Below the pieces are notes generated by a model that saw only the letters and a program-made list of their open reading frames with translations, made no database searches and was not told the DNA's origin. From an uncultured Anaerolineaceae bacterium (GTDB lineage Bacteria; Chloroflexota; Limnocylindria; Limnocylindrales; CSP1-4), in assembly GCA_964425305.1 (NCBI GenBank), contig CAYRMQ010000007.1, positions 1 through 47,777 of the forward strand: DNA of 47,777 nucleotides, in the 5' to 3' direction. Below are positions 18,373 to 28,323 of this stretch, one piece after another (positions within the stretch are counted from its first letter, which is position 1; every line of letters starts with the position of its first letter). Position numbers and translations under genes: made by a program.

Positions 18373-18402
18373 AGTGTAGCAAGCGCGTTCCGAACGGGTC
18401 AA
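18373..18402 (-). promoter_or_regulatory. hppA promoter
   Basis: TTGACC, 18 bp spacer ending TGC, then TACACT; implies a ~155-nt leader. Confidence 0.65.
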
Positions 18403-18440
18403 ACGGCGCAGGCCTGCCGCGCCCCTATACTCCGCTGCTA

Positions 18441-19046
18441 GTGAATCGCCGTCCCCTTGGGTGTCTGGTCGAGATCGCCGAGACGCTCGTCCTGACGCTC
18501 ATCATATTTCTCGTCATCCAGACCTTCGTCGCCCAGCCCTACCGAGTCGAGCAGGAGAGCATGCGCCTGACGCTCGAGCAGGATCAGTACGTGCTGGTCG
18601 ACAAGCTGACGCCGAACTTCGACGACTACTCGCGCGGCGACATCATCGTCTTCACGCCGCCGAATGCCAGCGGCGACAACGCAGTGCCGTTCATCAAGCG
18701 CGTCATCGGCGTGCCGGGAGACCTGGTCGAGATCCACGACGGAGGGGTCTTCATCAACCGCGCGCGGTTGGAGGAGCCCTACGTGTACTCCGGCCCGACC
18801 CGTGCGCCGGAGGGGAACTCGAGCTGGGAGGTGCCCGCCGGCAGTCTCTTCGTGATGGGCGACAACCGCAACAACTCGACCGATTCACGCTCGACCGGCA
18901 TCGGCCCGGTGCCGCGCGAGAAGGTCATCGGCCGGGCCTGGCTGCGCTACTGGCCGCTGAACGCGGTCGGCATCCTGCCGACGCCGACGTACGACGGCGT
19001 ACCGGCGCCGGCGGAGGCCGGCGCAGCGGAGCCCGCCGCGCCCTAG
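18441..19046 (+). CDS. lepB: Signal peptidase I
   Basis: TM helix, ESM (catalytic Ser), RGDIIVF, FIKRVIGVPGD, GDNRNNSTDSR; GTG at 18441. Confidence 0.95.
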   Translation: MNRRPLGCLVEIAETLVLTLIIFLVIQTFVAQPYRVEQESMRLTLEQDQYVLVDKLTPNFDDYSRGDIIVFTPPNASGDNAVPFIKRVIGVPGDLVEIHDGGVFINRARLEEPYVYSGPTRAPEGNSSWEVPAGSLFVMGDNRNNSTDSRSTGIGPVPREKVIGRAWLRYWPLNAVGILPTPTYDGVPAPAEAGAAEPAAP

Positions 19047-19095
19047 ACGCGCTGCCGCGGCGTGCCCGCCGTGGCGGCAGCCGAGTGGGCCGCTC

Positions 19096-19548
19096 CTAGC
19101 CCACGACCCAGCGGTCGATCTCGCGGCCGTACTCGAAGAGCTCCCCGTCGGCGAACCACAGCGCGACCTCGCGCTCGGCTGTCTCGGCGCTGTCCGACGC
19201 GTGGACGAGGTTCTGCCCCGTTTCGACGGCGAGATCGCCGCGGATGCTGCCCGGCGCCGCTTCCTCCGGCCGCGTCGCGCCGTTGATCGCGCGGCAGACG
19301 GCGATGGCGTTGGGTCCCTCGACGACGAGCGCGACGAGCGGGGACGAGGTGATGAACTCGACCAGCCCGCCGAAGAACGGCTTGTCGCGATGGATGTCGT
19401 AGTGGCGCTCGGCCAGCGCGCGATCGACGTGGACCATCTTCAGCCCGACGAGGCGCAGGCCGCGGTCCTCGTAGCGGGCGAGGATGCGGCCGACGAGCGC
19501 GCGCTGGACGCCGTCCGGCTTGATCAGGATCAGGGTTCGTTCGGTCAC
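19096..19548 (-). CDS. ndk: Nucleoside diphosphate kinase
   Basis: [21 protein letters not shown]-like [22 protein letters not shown]. Confidence 0.98.
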   Translation of the reverse strand: MTERTLILIKPDGVQRALVGRILARYEDRGLRLVGLKMVHVDRALAERHYDIHRDKPFFGGLVEFITSSPLVALVVEGPNAIAVCRAINGATRPEEAAPGSIRGDLAVETGQNLVHASDSAETAEREVALWFADGELFEYGREIDRWVVG

Positions 19549-19567
19549 CCGCTTCGGTCCTCCTCGC

Positions 19568-20830
19568 TCAGGGCAGGCGCAGCGCCTCGTCGAGGCCCCT
19601 GGTCGTGCCGCGTGGCGCGATGACGGCCAGGCTGAGGACGTCGTCGCGAATGAGACGGCGGGCCATCTCGGCGATGTCGGCCGGCGTGACCGCCCGCAGA
19701 TGCTCGAGCACCTCGTCGAGCGTCAGCACTCGCTCGTGGAGCGCCTCCTGCACGCCCAGCCAGGCGGCCAGCGGGCGGCTCTCCTCGAGGCGCAGCTCGA
19801 GGCGGCCGGCAGTGTAGGCGCGCGACTTGGCCAGCTCCTCCTCGGGGATCGGCTCGTCGCGCAGCCGGGCCAGCTCGGCGAGGATCGAGCGCAGGGCGGC
19901 GGGAATGTCGGTCGGATCGACGCCGGCGTAAACCTGCAGCGTGCCGCAGTCGGCGTAGTCGGTCTGGAAGCTGTGGACGTCGTAGGCCAGCCCCTCGTCC
20001 TCGCGCACCTTCAGGAAGAGGCGGCTGCTCGAGCCGTCGCCGAGGACGGTGTTGAGCAGCTCGAGCGCCCACTGGTCGGGGTGGTCGCGGGGCAGCGCCG
20101 GCAGGCCGAGGCAGATGTGGGCCTGCGCGCTCGGCCGGTGCTCGATGCGCAGCCTGCGCGCGGGGACGCCGGGCGCCGGTGCGAAGTCGGGCACCAGCCC
20201 GTTGCCCGTGCCGAACGCGTTGGCGACGAGCTCGACGGCGCGCTCGTGCTCGATGTCACCGGCGACGGCGACGACCGTGTTCGCCGGACGGTACGCCTCC
20301 GACCAGAACGAGCGGATCTGCTCGCCCGGCAGGCGGCGGACGCTGTCTTCGTCGCCGGCGATCTCGCGGCCGAGCGCGCAGTCGCCGAAGAAACACTCGT
20401 CGAAGAGGTTGAAGATGTACTGCGCCGGGTCGTCGCGGTATGAGCGAATCTCCTCGACGATGATCTCGCGCTCGCGCTCGATGTCGGTGTCGCGCAGCAG
20501 CGGCCGGTTGACCAGCTCGCCGATGACGCCGAAGGCGCGCTCCGCCTCGCGCACCGGCAGTCGCGTCCAGTAGACGGTCGACTCGCGGTCGGTCGCGGCG
20601 TTGCACGTGCCGCCGTAGGCCTCCACTGCCTCGGATACCGTGCGCGACGTCGGGTAGGTCTGCGTGCCCTTGAAGGTGACGTGCTCCATGAAGTGGGCGA
20701 CGCCCCAGCGCGGCCGCGTTTCGAAGCGCGAGCCGACCTTGAGATACGCCGCCACCGACAGCGAGCGGGTGCCCGGCAGGCGGGCGGAGATGACGCGCGG
20801 CCCGTCGGCCAGCGCCGTGCGTTGGAACAT
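19568..20830 (-). CDS. M16 family zinc peptidase
   Basis: GVAHFMEH (HxxEH), [23 protein letters not shown]. Confidence 0.94.
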   Translation of the reverse strand: MFQRTALADGPRVISARLPGTRSLSVAAYLKVGSRFETRPRWGVAHFMEHVTFKGTQTYPTSRTVSEAVEAYGGTCNAATDRESTVYWTRLPVREAERAFGVIGELVNRPLLRDTDIEREREIIVEEIRSYRDDPAQYIFNLFDECFFGDCALGREIAGDEDSVRRLPGEQIRSFWSEAYRPANTVVAVAGDIEHERAVELVANAFGTGNGLVPDFAPAPGVPARRLRIEHRPSAQAHICLGLPALPRDHPDQWALELLNTVLGDGSSSRLFLKVREDEGLAYDVHSFQTDYADCGTLQVYAGVDPTDIPAALRSILAELARLRDEPIPEEELAKSRAYTAGRLELRLEESRPLAAWLGVQEALHERVLTLDEVLEHLRAVTPADIAEMARRLIRDDVLSLAVIAPRGTTRGLDEALRLP

Positions 20831-20902
20831 CGCGCCGAATGCTACACGCCGGGCGCGGTTTGGCCCGCGCCCGGCGTCTGCGTTAGCTGGCCGAAGTCAC
20901 GC

Positions 20903-22414
20903 TTACCCGGCGGCGGGTCCGAGCAGCGTCTGGAGCCACGGCACGGCGAGGAAGACGATGAAGGCGACGACGACCGCCCACATCAGTGGATGCACGTCGC
21001 TAACGCGGCCCGTGACGAGCTTCAGGAACCCGTAGGCGACGAAGCCCCACGCGATGCCCTCGGTGATGCTGAAGGTCAGCGGCATCACGATGAGCGTGAC
21101 CAGCACCGGGAAGAGCTCGTCGATCCGGATCTCGGGGCGTGCCACGGTGCCGGGGGCGCGCAGCTCGTGCTGCTCGCCCATCTCCGGGCCGGTGCCGAGC
21201 GCCGCGCCGGTGGCCGACCAATCGAACTCGCGCGCGATGGTGAACATCAGGAAACCCACGACGACGAGCGCCGGCGCCGTCGCCTGCGGCGGCACGATGC
21301 CGGCGATCGGCGCGAAGATGATGGCGATCAGGAACAGGACGCCCACGACCACCGACGTCAGGCCCGTCCGTCCACCCTCCCCGACACCCGCGGCCGACTC
21401 GATGTACGTCGTGTTGGAGCTGACGCCGAACGCCCCGCCGGTGACCGCGCCGAGCGAGTCGACAAGGAGGACGCGGCGAATGCCCGGCAGCCGGCCCTGG
21501 GTGTCGACGAAGCCGGCCTGCTCGCCGACGCCGATGACGGTGCCCATCGTGTCGAAGAAGTCGGCCAGCATCAGCGTGAAGATGACCAGCGCGACGGTCA
21601 CCACGGCGGCGATCCCGGGCTGGTTGGTGAAGACGCTGATCAGGTGCCCCAGCGGCTGGAAGATGATCCCGAAGTTCGCCGGATCGAAGTCGAAGAAGTA
21701 GGCCTGCGGCATCACCGCCGTGTTGGGCAGGAAGCCCGACGCGTCCGGTCCGACGATCGAGTTGAAGACGATGGCGATGACGGTCGTGGCAATGATGCTG
21801 ATCAACAGCGCGCCCTTGACGCGCATCGCCAACAGGGCGACCGCGATGGCCAGGCCAATGACGAACGTCAGCGTGGCGACACTGGTGATGTTGCCCACGG
21901 CGACGGGCGGTCCGCCCGGCGCGCCGGGCACGACGAGGCCACCGTTGAACAGACCGATGAACAGGATGAAGAGGCCGATGCCGACGGCGATCGCCCGTTT
22001 CAGGTTGAGCGGAATGGCCGCCATCACCGCCTCGCGCAGCCCGGTCAGCACGAGGATCGTGATCAGGATGCCCTCCCACACGATGATCGCCATCGCCTCC
22101 TGCCACAGGAAGCCGCGATTGAGGATCAGGTCGAACGCGACCACCGCGTTGAGGCCGAGCCCGGCCGCCAGCGCGAACGGATAGTTCGTCACCAGGCCCA
22201 TGGCGAGGGTCAGGATCCCCGCCGCCAGGGCTGTGCCGACGACCACCTGCAGGAACGGTGGGCCGGCCTGCTCCAGCGGTCCGCTGGAGAGGATGCTCGG
22301 GTTCACGAAGATGATGTAGGCCATGACCATGAACGTGGTCAGACCTGCCCGCATCTCCGTGCCGAACGTGGTGCCGCGCTCGCGCAGCTTGAAGTAGGAA
22401 GCTACCGCCTCCAT
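20903..22414 (-). CDS. NCS2/AzgA-family purine permease
   Basis: AGLTTFMVMAYIIFVNP, FFDTMGT, TTYIESAAG, GGRTGL; ATG at 22414 with GGAGG SD. Confidence 0.93.
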   Translation of the reverse strand: MEAVASYFKLRERGTTFGTEMRAGLTTFMVMAYIIFVNPSILSSGPLEQAGPPFLQVVVGTALAAGILTLAMGLVTNYPFALAAGLGLNAVVAFDLILNRGFLWQEAMAIIVWEGILITILVLTGLREAVMAAIPLNLKRAIAVGIGLFILFIGLFNGGLVVPGAPGGPPVAVGNITSVATLTFVIGLAIAVALLAMRVKGALLISIIATTVIAIVFNSIVGPDASGFLPNTAVMPQAYFFDFDPANFGIIFQPLGHLISVFTNQPGIAAVVTVALVIFTLMLADFFDTMGTVIGVGEQAGFVDTQGRLPGIRRVLLVDSLGAVTGGAFGVSSNTTYIESAAGVGEGGRTGLTSVVVGVLFLIAIIFAPIAGIVPPQATAPALVVVGFLMFTIAREFDWSATGAALGTGPEMGEQHELRAPGTVARPEIRIDELFPVLVTLIVMPLTFSITEGIAWGFVAYGFLKLVTGRVSDVHPLMWAVVVAFIVFLAVPWLQTLLGPAAG

Positions 22415-22464
22415 GCCTCCAGACCTCCCTCTTGTTTGGCCGGCGGCCACGCTGACGGGCCGCG

Positions 22465-22926
22465 CTAGCTCCCCTCGTTAGCCTCCCCCGAACCCTCGCT
22501 GCGCTCCCCGCCCTCCAGCGCCCCCAGCTCCATCTGGACGTAGTCGGTCGTCGGAAATGCGAAACGCTGCTGCTCGGGTTCATCGCTGTCGGTCCGCCCC
22601 ACCGGCGCGAATTCGACCGTGATCCGCTCGTCGCCCTGGATCAGCGAGTAGACGATCAGCTGGTCGGGCCGCGTCTCGAACTCGAGGTGCTCGAACGAGT
22701 CGATGTTGAGGCAGATCGACAGCGGGGTGAAGAAGGTCGACACCTCGGGCCGGTCGACGACGATGCGCTCGACCCAGCCGGTGCCGCTGGAGACGAGGCT
22801 GCCGGCGCGGTAGTAGCGGTACGAGACGGTCTGCTTGAGCAGCGGGCGCAGAAGGTTGTAGATGTCGGTGGGGCTCGAGACGAGGCCGCTATTGACGAAG
22901 AACTTGGCGGGCGGCTCGAGCGACAC
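22465..22926 (-). CDS. Hypothetical protein (153 aa)
   Basis: GTG start with strong SD GAGGGAGGA, GC3-rich codons and globular composition; no family recognised. Confidence 0.85.
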   Translation of the reverse strand: MSLEPPAKFFVNSGLVSSPTDIYNLLRPLLKQTVSYRYYRAGSLVSSGTGWVERIVVDRPEVSTFFTPLSICLNIDSFEHLEFETRPDQLIVYSLIQGDERITVEFAPVGRTDSDEPEQQRFAFPTTDYVQMELGALEGGERSEGSGEANEGS

Positions 22927-23007
22927 TCTCCTCCCTCGTTGCTTGGCCAGGGCACGAATCCGGCAGATGGTAACGCACGATGGCGGACACGCGTAGCCCC
23001 CAATCGA

Positions 23008-23089
23008 CATGCCACAGCATCAGAACGTCACGTCGCAGGCGCCGCCAGCGGCCGCCGCGGCTTGGACAACAGTCAGTGGGCAACTCAGT
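23008..23089. repeat. Second copy of two boxes also present upstream of the rrn promoters
   Basis: 23008-23029 matches 1158-1179 at 19/22; 23051-23089 matches 1451-1489 at 32/39 (hand alignment). Confidence 0.7.
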
Positions 23090-23192
23090 GACGGGCGGCG
23101 AGCGGAGCCGGCGCGACGTGTGTCGCTGCGAGCGCCCACCGACGGCCGGCAGTGGTCGCCCGACCACGAGGTGCGCGTATCATCGGGCGGCA

Positions 23193-23981
23193 ATGCTGCT
23201 GGCCATCGACGTCGGCAACACGACGATCACGCTGAGCGTAGCCCGCGAGGGGGAGCCGGGCCGGCCGCGGCGCGCGGCGACGCGGGCGGGCGCGACGAGC
23301 GACGAGCTGGAGGCGCTGCTCGACGACCTGCTCCAGCTCGACGGCACGCGCCTGGGCGACGTCGACGAGATCGTGCTGGCCAGCGTCGTGCCACAGCTGA
23401 CCGGAGCGCTTCTCGCGCTGGCCCGCCGCCGCGAAATCCGTGTGCTCAGCGCGGACGCGACCACGATCACTATCCCCGTACGCACCGAGCGACCCGCCGA
23501 GGTGGGCGCCGACCGGCTGTGCAACGCCCTCGCCGCGGCCCGCCTGCACGGCACGCCGGCGATCGTCGTCGACCTGGGCACGGCGACCAACTTCGACGTC
23601 GTGTCTGCCGACGGCGCCTACATCGGCGGCGCGCTCGCGCCCGGCCTCGAGCTGGGCCTGGCGGCGCTCGCCGAGCGCACCGCCAAGCTGCCGCGGGTGG
23701 AACTGGCCGAGCCGGCATGGGCGATCGGCCGCGACACCGTCGCGGCACTGCAGAGCGGCGCGATCATCGGCTATCGCGGGCTCGTGCGCGAGATCGTCGC
23801 CGCCATCAAGGCCGAGCTGGCCGCCGACGACGGCCGGCAGCCGCGCGTGATCCTGACCGGCGGCCTGTCGGAGGCGCCGTGGGCGGCCGACATCCCGGGC
23901 GTCGACGTCGTCGATCCGGCGCTCACCCTGCGCGGGTTGGTGCTGCTCCACGCCGAGGCCGGCGCGCGGAGCCGGGCGTGA
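23193..23981 (+). CDS. coaX: Type III pantothenate kinase
   Basis: MLLAIDVGNT, ASVVP, VGADR, VDLGTAT, GGALAPG, ILTGG. Confidence 0.96.
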   Translation: MLLAIDVGNTTITLSVAREGEPGRPRRAATRAGATSDELEALLDDLLQLDGTRLGDVDEIVLASVVPQLTGALLALARRREIRVLSADATTITIPVRTERPAEVGADRLCNALAAARLHGTPAIVVDLGTATNFDVVSADGAYIGGALAPGLELGLAALAERTAKLPRVELAEPAWAIGRDTVAALQSGAIIGYRGLVREIVAAIKAELAADDGRQPRVILTGGLSEAPWAADIPGVDVVDPALTLRGLVLLHAEAGARSRA

Positions 23982-25279
23982 GCGAGAGCGCCACAGACCT
24001 GCGCGGGCGGCTGGTGCTGCTCGGCGTGACCGGCTCGATCGCGGCATACAAGGCGGCCGAGCTGGCCCGCGCGCTGGTGGCTGCGGGTGCCGACGTGCAG
24101 CCACTGATGACCCATTCCGCGCAGGCCTTCCTCGGCCCGCTGACGCTCCAGACGCTGACCCGCCGCCGGCCGCTGACCGACGCCCTCGGGCTGCTGTCCG
24201 ACCAACGCATCGCTCACATCGTCGCCGCCGACGCAGCCGACGTCATCCTCGTCGCGCCGGCCACGGCCCGCTGGCTGGCGGCGATGGCCGCCGGGCTGGC
24301 CGACGACGTCATCACGGCCACCTGCCTGGCGTCGGCCGCGCCGGTCGTCGTCGCGCCGGCGATGGACGGCGAGATGTACGACCACCCCGCCACGCGCGCC
24401 AACGTCGAGCGGCTGCGCTCGTTCGGCTACACCATCGTCGAGCCGGAGGTCGGGCCGCTGGCTTCGGGCGCCGTCGGGCGCGGCCGGCTGGCCGAGCCGG
24501 CGCGCATCGTCGCGGCAGTCCGCGAACAGGTCGCCGGCAGGCCCGTCCGCCAGCCGGACGAGGCGCTGCGGCCGCCGGTCGAGACAGCGGGGCGCGAGCC
24601 CGACCTGGCGCGCTGGCACGTCGTCGTCACCGCCGGCGGCACCGCCGAGCCGATCGACCCGGTCCGCTTCATCGGCAACCGCTCGTCCGGGCGGATGGGC
24701 GTGGCCATCGCCGAGGCCGCTCTGGAGCGCGGCGCACGCGTGACGCTGATCCACGCCGCGACGTCCGTGCCGCTGCCCGACGCCGCGCGGCTCATCCCCG
24801 CGCCGACGACCGCCGACATGCGCCAGGCCGTCCTCGACGCGCTGCCCGACGCCGACGCCCTCGTCATGGCCGCGGCCGTCGCCGACTTCCGGCCGCGGCG
24901 CAGCGCCGACACCAAGATCGGTCGCGACGCCGGCCTGACGCTCGAGCTCGAGCCGACGGAGGACATCCTGGCCGAGGCCGCCGCCGTCGCCCGCACGCAG
25001 GCACGCCGGCCGCTGCTCGTCGGCTTCGCCGCCGAGACCGGCTCGCTCGAGCGTGCCCCCGAGAAGGCCGCGCGCAAGGGCGTCGACCTGCTCGTCGCCA
25101 ACGACGTGGCCGAGGAAGGCTCGAGCTTCGGCTCGGCCACCAATCGGGTGACGATCGTCACGCCGGGCCGCCCGCCGGAGGAGTGGCCGCTGCTGGCCAA
25201 GCGCGAGGTCGCCGACCGCCTGCTCGATCGGCTGGTCGCCCTCCGCTCGCCCGAGGGTGCATCATTGACGGCATCATGA
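23978..25279 (+). CDS. coaBC: Phosphopantothenoylcysteine decarboxylase/synthetase
   Basis: GVTGSIAAYK, APATA, TAGGTAEPIDPVRFIGNRSSGRMG, AAAVADF, VGFAAET; GTG overlaps the coaX stop. Confidence 0.96.
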   Translation: MSESATDLRGRLVLLGVTGSIAAYKAAELARALVAAGADVQPLMTHSAQAFLGPLTLQTLTRRRPLTDALGLLSDQRIAHIVAADAADVILVAPATARWLAAMAAGLADDVITATCLASAAPVVVAPAMDGEMYDHPATRANVERLRSFGYTIVEPEVGPLASGAVGRGRLAEPARIVAAVREQVAGRPVRQPDEALRPPVETAGREPDLARWHVVVTAGGTAEPIDPVRFIGNRSSGRMGVAIAEAALERGARVTLIHAATSVPLPDAARLIPAPTTADMRQAVLDALPDADALVMAAAVADFRPRRSADTKIGRDAGLTLELEPTEDILAEAAAVARTQARRPLLVGFAAETGSLERAPEKAARKGVDLLVANDVAEEGSSFGSATNRVTIVTPGRPPEEWPLLAKREVADRLLDRLVALRSPEGASLTAS

Positions 25280-26190
25280 GCGCAGACAAGCCCCTTGCCC
25301 GGCTGACCGTCTCGGACATCGGCCGAATGTACGCCGACGGCCAGCGCATCGCGATGCTGACCGCCTACGACTACCCCACCGCCCGCCTCCTCGACGAGGC
25401 CGGCATCCCGCTGCTGCTCGTCGGCGACTCGCTGGGCACGGTCCTGCTCGGTTACGACAGCGAGATCCGCGTGACGATGGCCGACATGCTCCATCACACC
25501 GCCGCCGTCGTGCGCGGCACGTCGCGCGCGCTGGTCATCGGCGACATGCCCTTCCTGTCGTACGCCACGCCCGACGAGGCGGTCGACAACGCCGGCCGCT
25601 TCCTGCGCGAGGCGGGCGCGCAGGCGGTCAAGGTCGAGGGCGGCGTGCGCAGTGGACGCATCATCGAGGCGCTGGTCAGGGCCGGCATCCCGGTGATGGG
25701 CCACATCGGCTGGACGCCGCAGGCGCGCCACGGCCTTGGCGGCAAGGTCCGCGTGCAGGGCAAGACGGCCGAGCGCGGCCGGCAGATGCTCGGCGACGCG
25801 CTGGCCGTCCAGGAGGCGGGCGCCTTCTCGATCGTGCTCGAGCTCGTGCCGGCGCAGCTGGCGGCGGCGATCACCGAGCGGCTGCGCATCCCGACGATCG
25901 GCATCGGCGCCGGACCAGACTGCAGCGGCCAGGTGCAGGTAATCACCGATCTGCTCGGAATGGCCGACTGGCAGCCGAAGCACGCGCGCCGGTTCGCCGA
26001 CCTGCGGACGGCCATCCTCGACGCCGCCCGGACGTACGCCAGCGAGGTGGCCGCCGGCAGCTTCCCCGGCCCCGAGCAGACGGTGCGCATGGACGACGCC
26101 GTCCTCGACGACGTCCTCGGCCGCTCCGCGCTCGATCGCTCCGACGAGGGCGAGGCGGTCGGCGAGGTGCCCCTCGATCGCGATCTCTAG
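25276..26190 (+). CDS. panB: 3-methyl-2-oxobutanoate hydroxymethyltransferase
   Basis: MLTAYDY, LLVGDSLG, DMPFLSY, VKVEGG, TIGIGAG; ATG overlaps the coaBC stop. Confidence 0.97.
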   Translation: MSADKPLARLTVSDIGRMYADGQRIAMLTAYDYPTARLLDEAGIPLLLVGDSLGTVLLGYDSEIRVTMADMLHHTAAVVRGTSRALVIGDMPFLSYATPDEAVDNAGRFLREAGAQAVKVEGGVRSGRIIEALVRAGIPVMGHIGWTPQARHGLGGKVRVQGKTAERGRQMLGDALAVQEAGAFSIVLELVPAQLAAAITERLRIPTIGIGAGPDCSGQVQVITDLLGMADWQPKHARRFADLRTAILDAARTYASEVAAGSFPGPEQTVRMDDAVLDDVLGRSALDRSDEGEAVGEVPLDRDL

Positions 26191-27067
26191 GCCGGCCGCG
26201 CTGCGCGTCGTTCGCACGCGCGCCGGGCTTGGCGAGGCGCTCGCGGCCGTCCAGCGACCGCTTGGCCTCGTGCCGACGATGGGCTGGCTGCACGAGGGCC
26301 ACCGCGCGCTGATGCGTCGCGCGCGCACCGACAACGCGACGGTGGTGGTGACGATCTTCGTCAACCCGCGCCAGTTCAACGAGGACGCCGACTACCAGCA
26401 ATACCCGCGCGACGAGGAGGCCGACATCGCGATCTGCGCCGAGGAGGGCGTCGACATCGTCTTTGCCCCGCCGGTCGAGGAGGTCTATCCGGCCGGCTTC
26501 GACACGAAGGTCGTCGTGGGCGTAGTGGCCCAGCCGCTGGAGGGCACCGCGCGACCGGGACACTTCGACGGCGTCGCAACCGTCGTGGCGATCCTGTTCA
26601 ACCTCGTCGGCGCCGAGCGGGCCTACTTCGGCCAGAAGGATGCCCAGCAGGTGATGGTCATCCGGCGCATGGCTCTCGACCTGGCCATCCCGACCGAGGT
26701 CATCCCCTGCCCCACAGTGCGCGAGCCCGACGGCCTGGCCGTCTCCTCACGCAACGTCCATCTCTCCCCGGCCGAGCGGGCTGCGGCGCCGGTGCTCCAC
26801 CGCGCGCTGAGCGCGGCGCGCGAGGCCCATCGCGGCGGTGAGCGCTCGGCCGAAGCGCTGCGCGGCGTCATGCGCGAGGTGCTGGCAACCGAGCCGCTGG
26901 CCGACGTCGAGTACGTCTCGGTGGCCGACGTCGCCACGCTGGCCGAGCTCGACGAGCTCGACGGTCCGGCGCTGGTCTCGCTGGCTGTCCGCTTCGGCTC
27001 GACGCGCCTCATCGACAACGTGACGGTCGGCGACCCAGCCGGCGAAGGCCCGAACCGACTCGCCTGA
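26177..27067 (+). CDS. panC: Pantoate--beta-alanine ligase (start uncertain, probably non-canonical)
   Basis: VPTMGWLHEGH, IFVNPRQF, RPGHFDGV, FGQKDAQQ, SSRN, RLIDN. Homology extends upstream of GTG 26270, with in-frame ATC 26177 and CTG 26201 as candidate starts. Confidence 0.93.
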   Translation: MAISRPAALRVVRTRAGLGEALAAVQRPLGLVPTMGWLHEGHRALMRRARTDNATVVVTIFVNPRQFNEDADYQQYPRDEEADIAICAEEGVDIVFAPPVEEVYPAGFDTKVVVGVVAQPLEGTARPGHFDGVATVVAILFNLVGAERAYFGQKDAQQVMVIRRMALDLAIPTEVIPCPTVREPDGLAVSSRNVHLSPAERAAAPVLHRALSAAREAHRGGERSAEALRGVMREVLATEPLADVEYVSVADVATLAELDELDGPALVSLAVRFGSTRLIDNVTVGDPAGEGPNRLA

Positions 27068-28280
27068 CGACGCGCCCGACGCCGGGCGCGCGTCCGTCCG
27101 CCGGCGGCACGCTGAGCGGCTCGCTGAAGCGCTCGTAGATGAGCGCCACGTCGAGGTGCTCGGCAACGAGGCGCCTGGTCAGCGCGATCTTGTCGGTGTC
27201 GGCGGGGTGGATCTTGACCAGCAGGTCGTGGACGGCCGAGGCGGCGGCATAGGTGTCGTCGGCGACGAGGTAGGCGAACATGCCCTCGGCCCGGATGGCG
27301 TCGAGGTCGCGCGGGCGCGGCCGGTAGCCGCCGGTCAGCACCATGCCGACGAGCTCGGTCCGCCGCGGGTCGGTCGGTGGCCGGCCGAAGGTCGGTCGCC
27401 TGCCCACCCGGAACAGGCCGCGGCGCTCGGTCCGCTCGCGTGCCGCCCGGTTGGCGGCGAGCGTGGCGTGGATCACGTCCGTCCGGTCGCCGGGCACGAT
27501 CAGCAGCGACCCGGGCCCGACGCGCTCGACGAGGTGGCGCGGCTGCATCGCCCCGATGGCGACGTGCTCGATGACGCGGTCCATGTCGGCGACCGGCGAG
27601 AGCACCTCGCCGTCGAGCTGCTCGACGAGCATCGACAGCGTCGGGTTCGAGAGCAGCGGCCGGTAGGGCAGCATGCCGAGCAGTTCGATGCCGTGGCGGG
27701 CGAGGCCGTCGCGCAGCACATCGGGCAGCGAAGGATGGGCGTCGGCGTCGACCTTGTTGACGATCGCGCCGACGACCTCCACGCCATGACGGGCGAAGAG
27801 GGCGTGGTTGAGCACAATCTCGTCTATCGGCCGGCCGACTCCCGCCTCGGCCACGATCAGGGCCGGTGCGCCGAGCATGCGCGCGACCTGCGCGTTGCTC
27901 ATGCCGATGACCGAGCCGACGCCGGCATGGCCGGTGCCCTCGACGAGCACCGCCTCGCGCCGGTGGGCGACCTGGCGGTGCGCGCGCCGGATCTGCGCCG
28001 GCAGGTCCGTGTCGGTCTGGCCCGCGATGAATGCCTTGGTGAAGCCGCGCGGGATCGTCACCGGGCTGATCGCCGACAGCGGGTCGCGCAGGCCGAGCGC
28101 GCTGCGCATCAGGATGGCGTCCTCGTCGGCCGGCTGGCCGTCGACGACGGCGTAGCGCTGGCCGATGGGCTTGATGAAGCCGGTGTTGATGCCGCGGTCG
28201 ATGAGCGCCGCGAGCACGCCCAGCGCGACCGTCGTCTTGCCGCGGTTCATTCCCGTCGCGGCGAGGAAGAGGTGACGCAT
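27009..28280 (-). CDS. Phosphotransacetylase N-terminal-like protein (BioD-like P-loop + DRTGG domain), no catalytic PTA domain
   Basis: ATGMNRGKTT, GFIKPIGQ, VEGTGHAGVG, VPGDRTD and VLTGG motifs. Confidence 0.87.
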   Translation of the reverse strand: MRHLFLAATGMNRGKTTVALGVLAALIDRGINTGFIKPIGQRYAVVDGQPADEDAILMRSALGLRDPLSAISPVTIPRGFTKAFIAGQTDTDLPAQIRRAHRQVAHRREAVLVEGTGHAGVGSVIGMSNAQVARMLGAPALIVAEAGVGRPIDEIVLNHALFARHGVEVVGAIVNKVDADAHPSLPDVLRDGLARHGIELLGMLPYRPLLSNPTLSMLVEQLDGEVLSPVADMDRVIEHVAIGAMQPRHLVERVGPGSLLIVPGDRTDVIHATLAANRAARERTERRGLFRVGRRPTFGRPPTDPRRTELVGMVLTGGYRPRPRDLDAIRAEGMFAYLVADDTYAAASAVHDLLVKIHPADTDKIALTRRLVAEHLDVALIYERFSEPLSVPPADGRAPGVGRVVRRVGSGLRRLGRRPSRCR

Positions 28281-28323
28281 GTTGCCCGTCGGCGTCAGGC
28301 CGGCTGTGGCGTGGCCGGCGGCG

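Noticed and set aside
18112-18402. Upstream ORF overlapping the hppA leader
   Set aside because: It has no coding-like composition, and its TTG start coincides with the -35 hexamer.
15954-19046. 1030-aa + strand ORF, and similar long ORFs such as 30868..34380, 7862..10027, 23009..25279 and 28324..29883
   Set aside because: These are high-GC antisense or off-frame extensions. Only the 3' parts are real genes (lepB, SRPBCC, dipeptidase, coaBC, hypothetical).
22415-22464. Purine riboswitch upstream of the NCS2 permease
   Set aside because: The gap is only 50 bp and lacks the purine aptamer consensus.
22998-23014. Sigma54-like promoter TGGCATG-N4-TTGG on the minus strand
   Set aside because: The -12 element is GG rather than GC, and the site overlaps the shared repeat box.
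24350-24495. CoaBC decarboxylase motifs PAMD and LASG (instead of PAMN and ACG) as a dead enzyme
   Set aside because: From recollection this paired variant is common in other bacterial CoaBC proteins (e.g. Bacteroidota), and the gene sits in an intact CoA operon.
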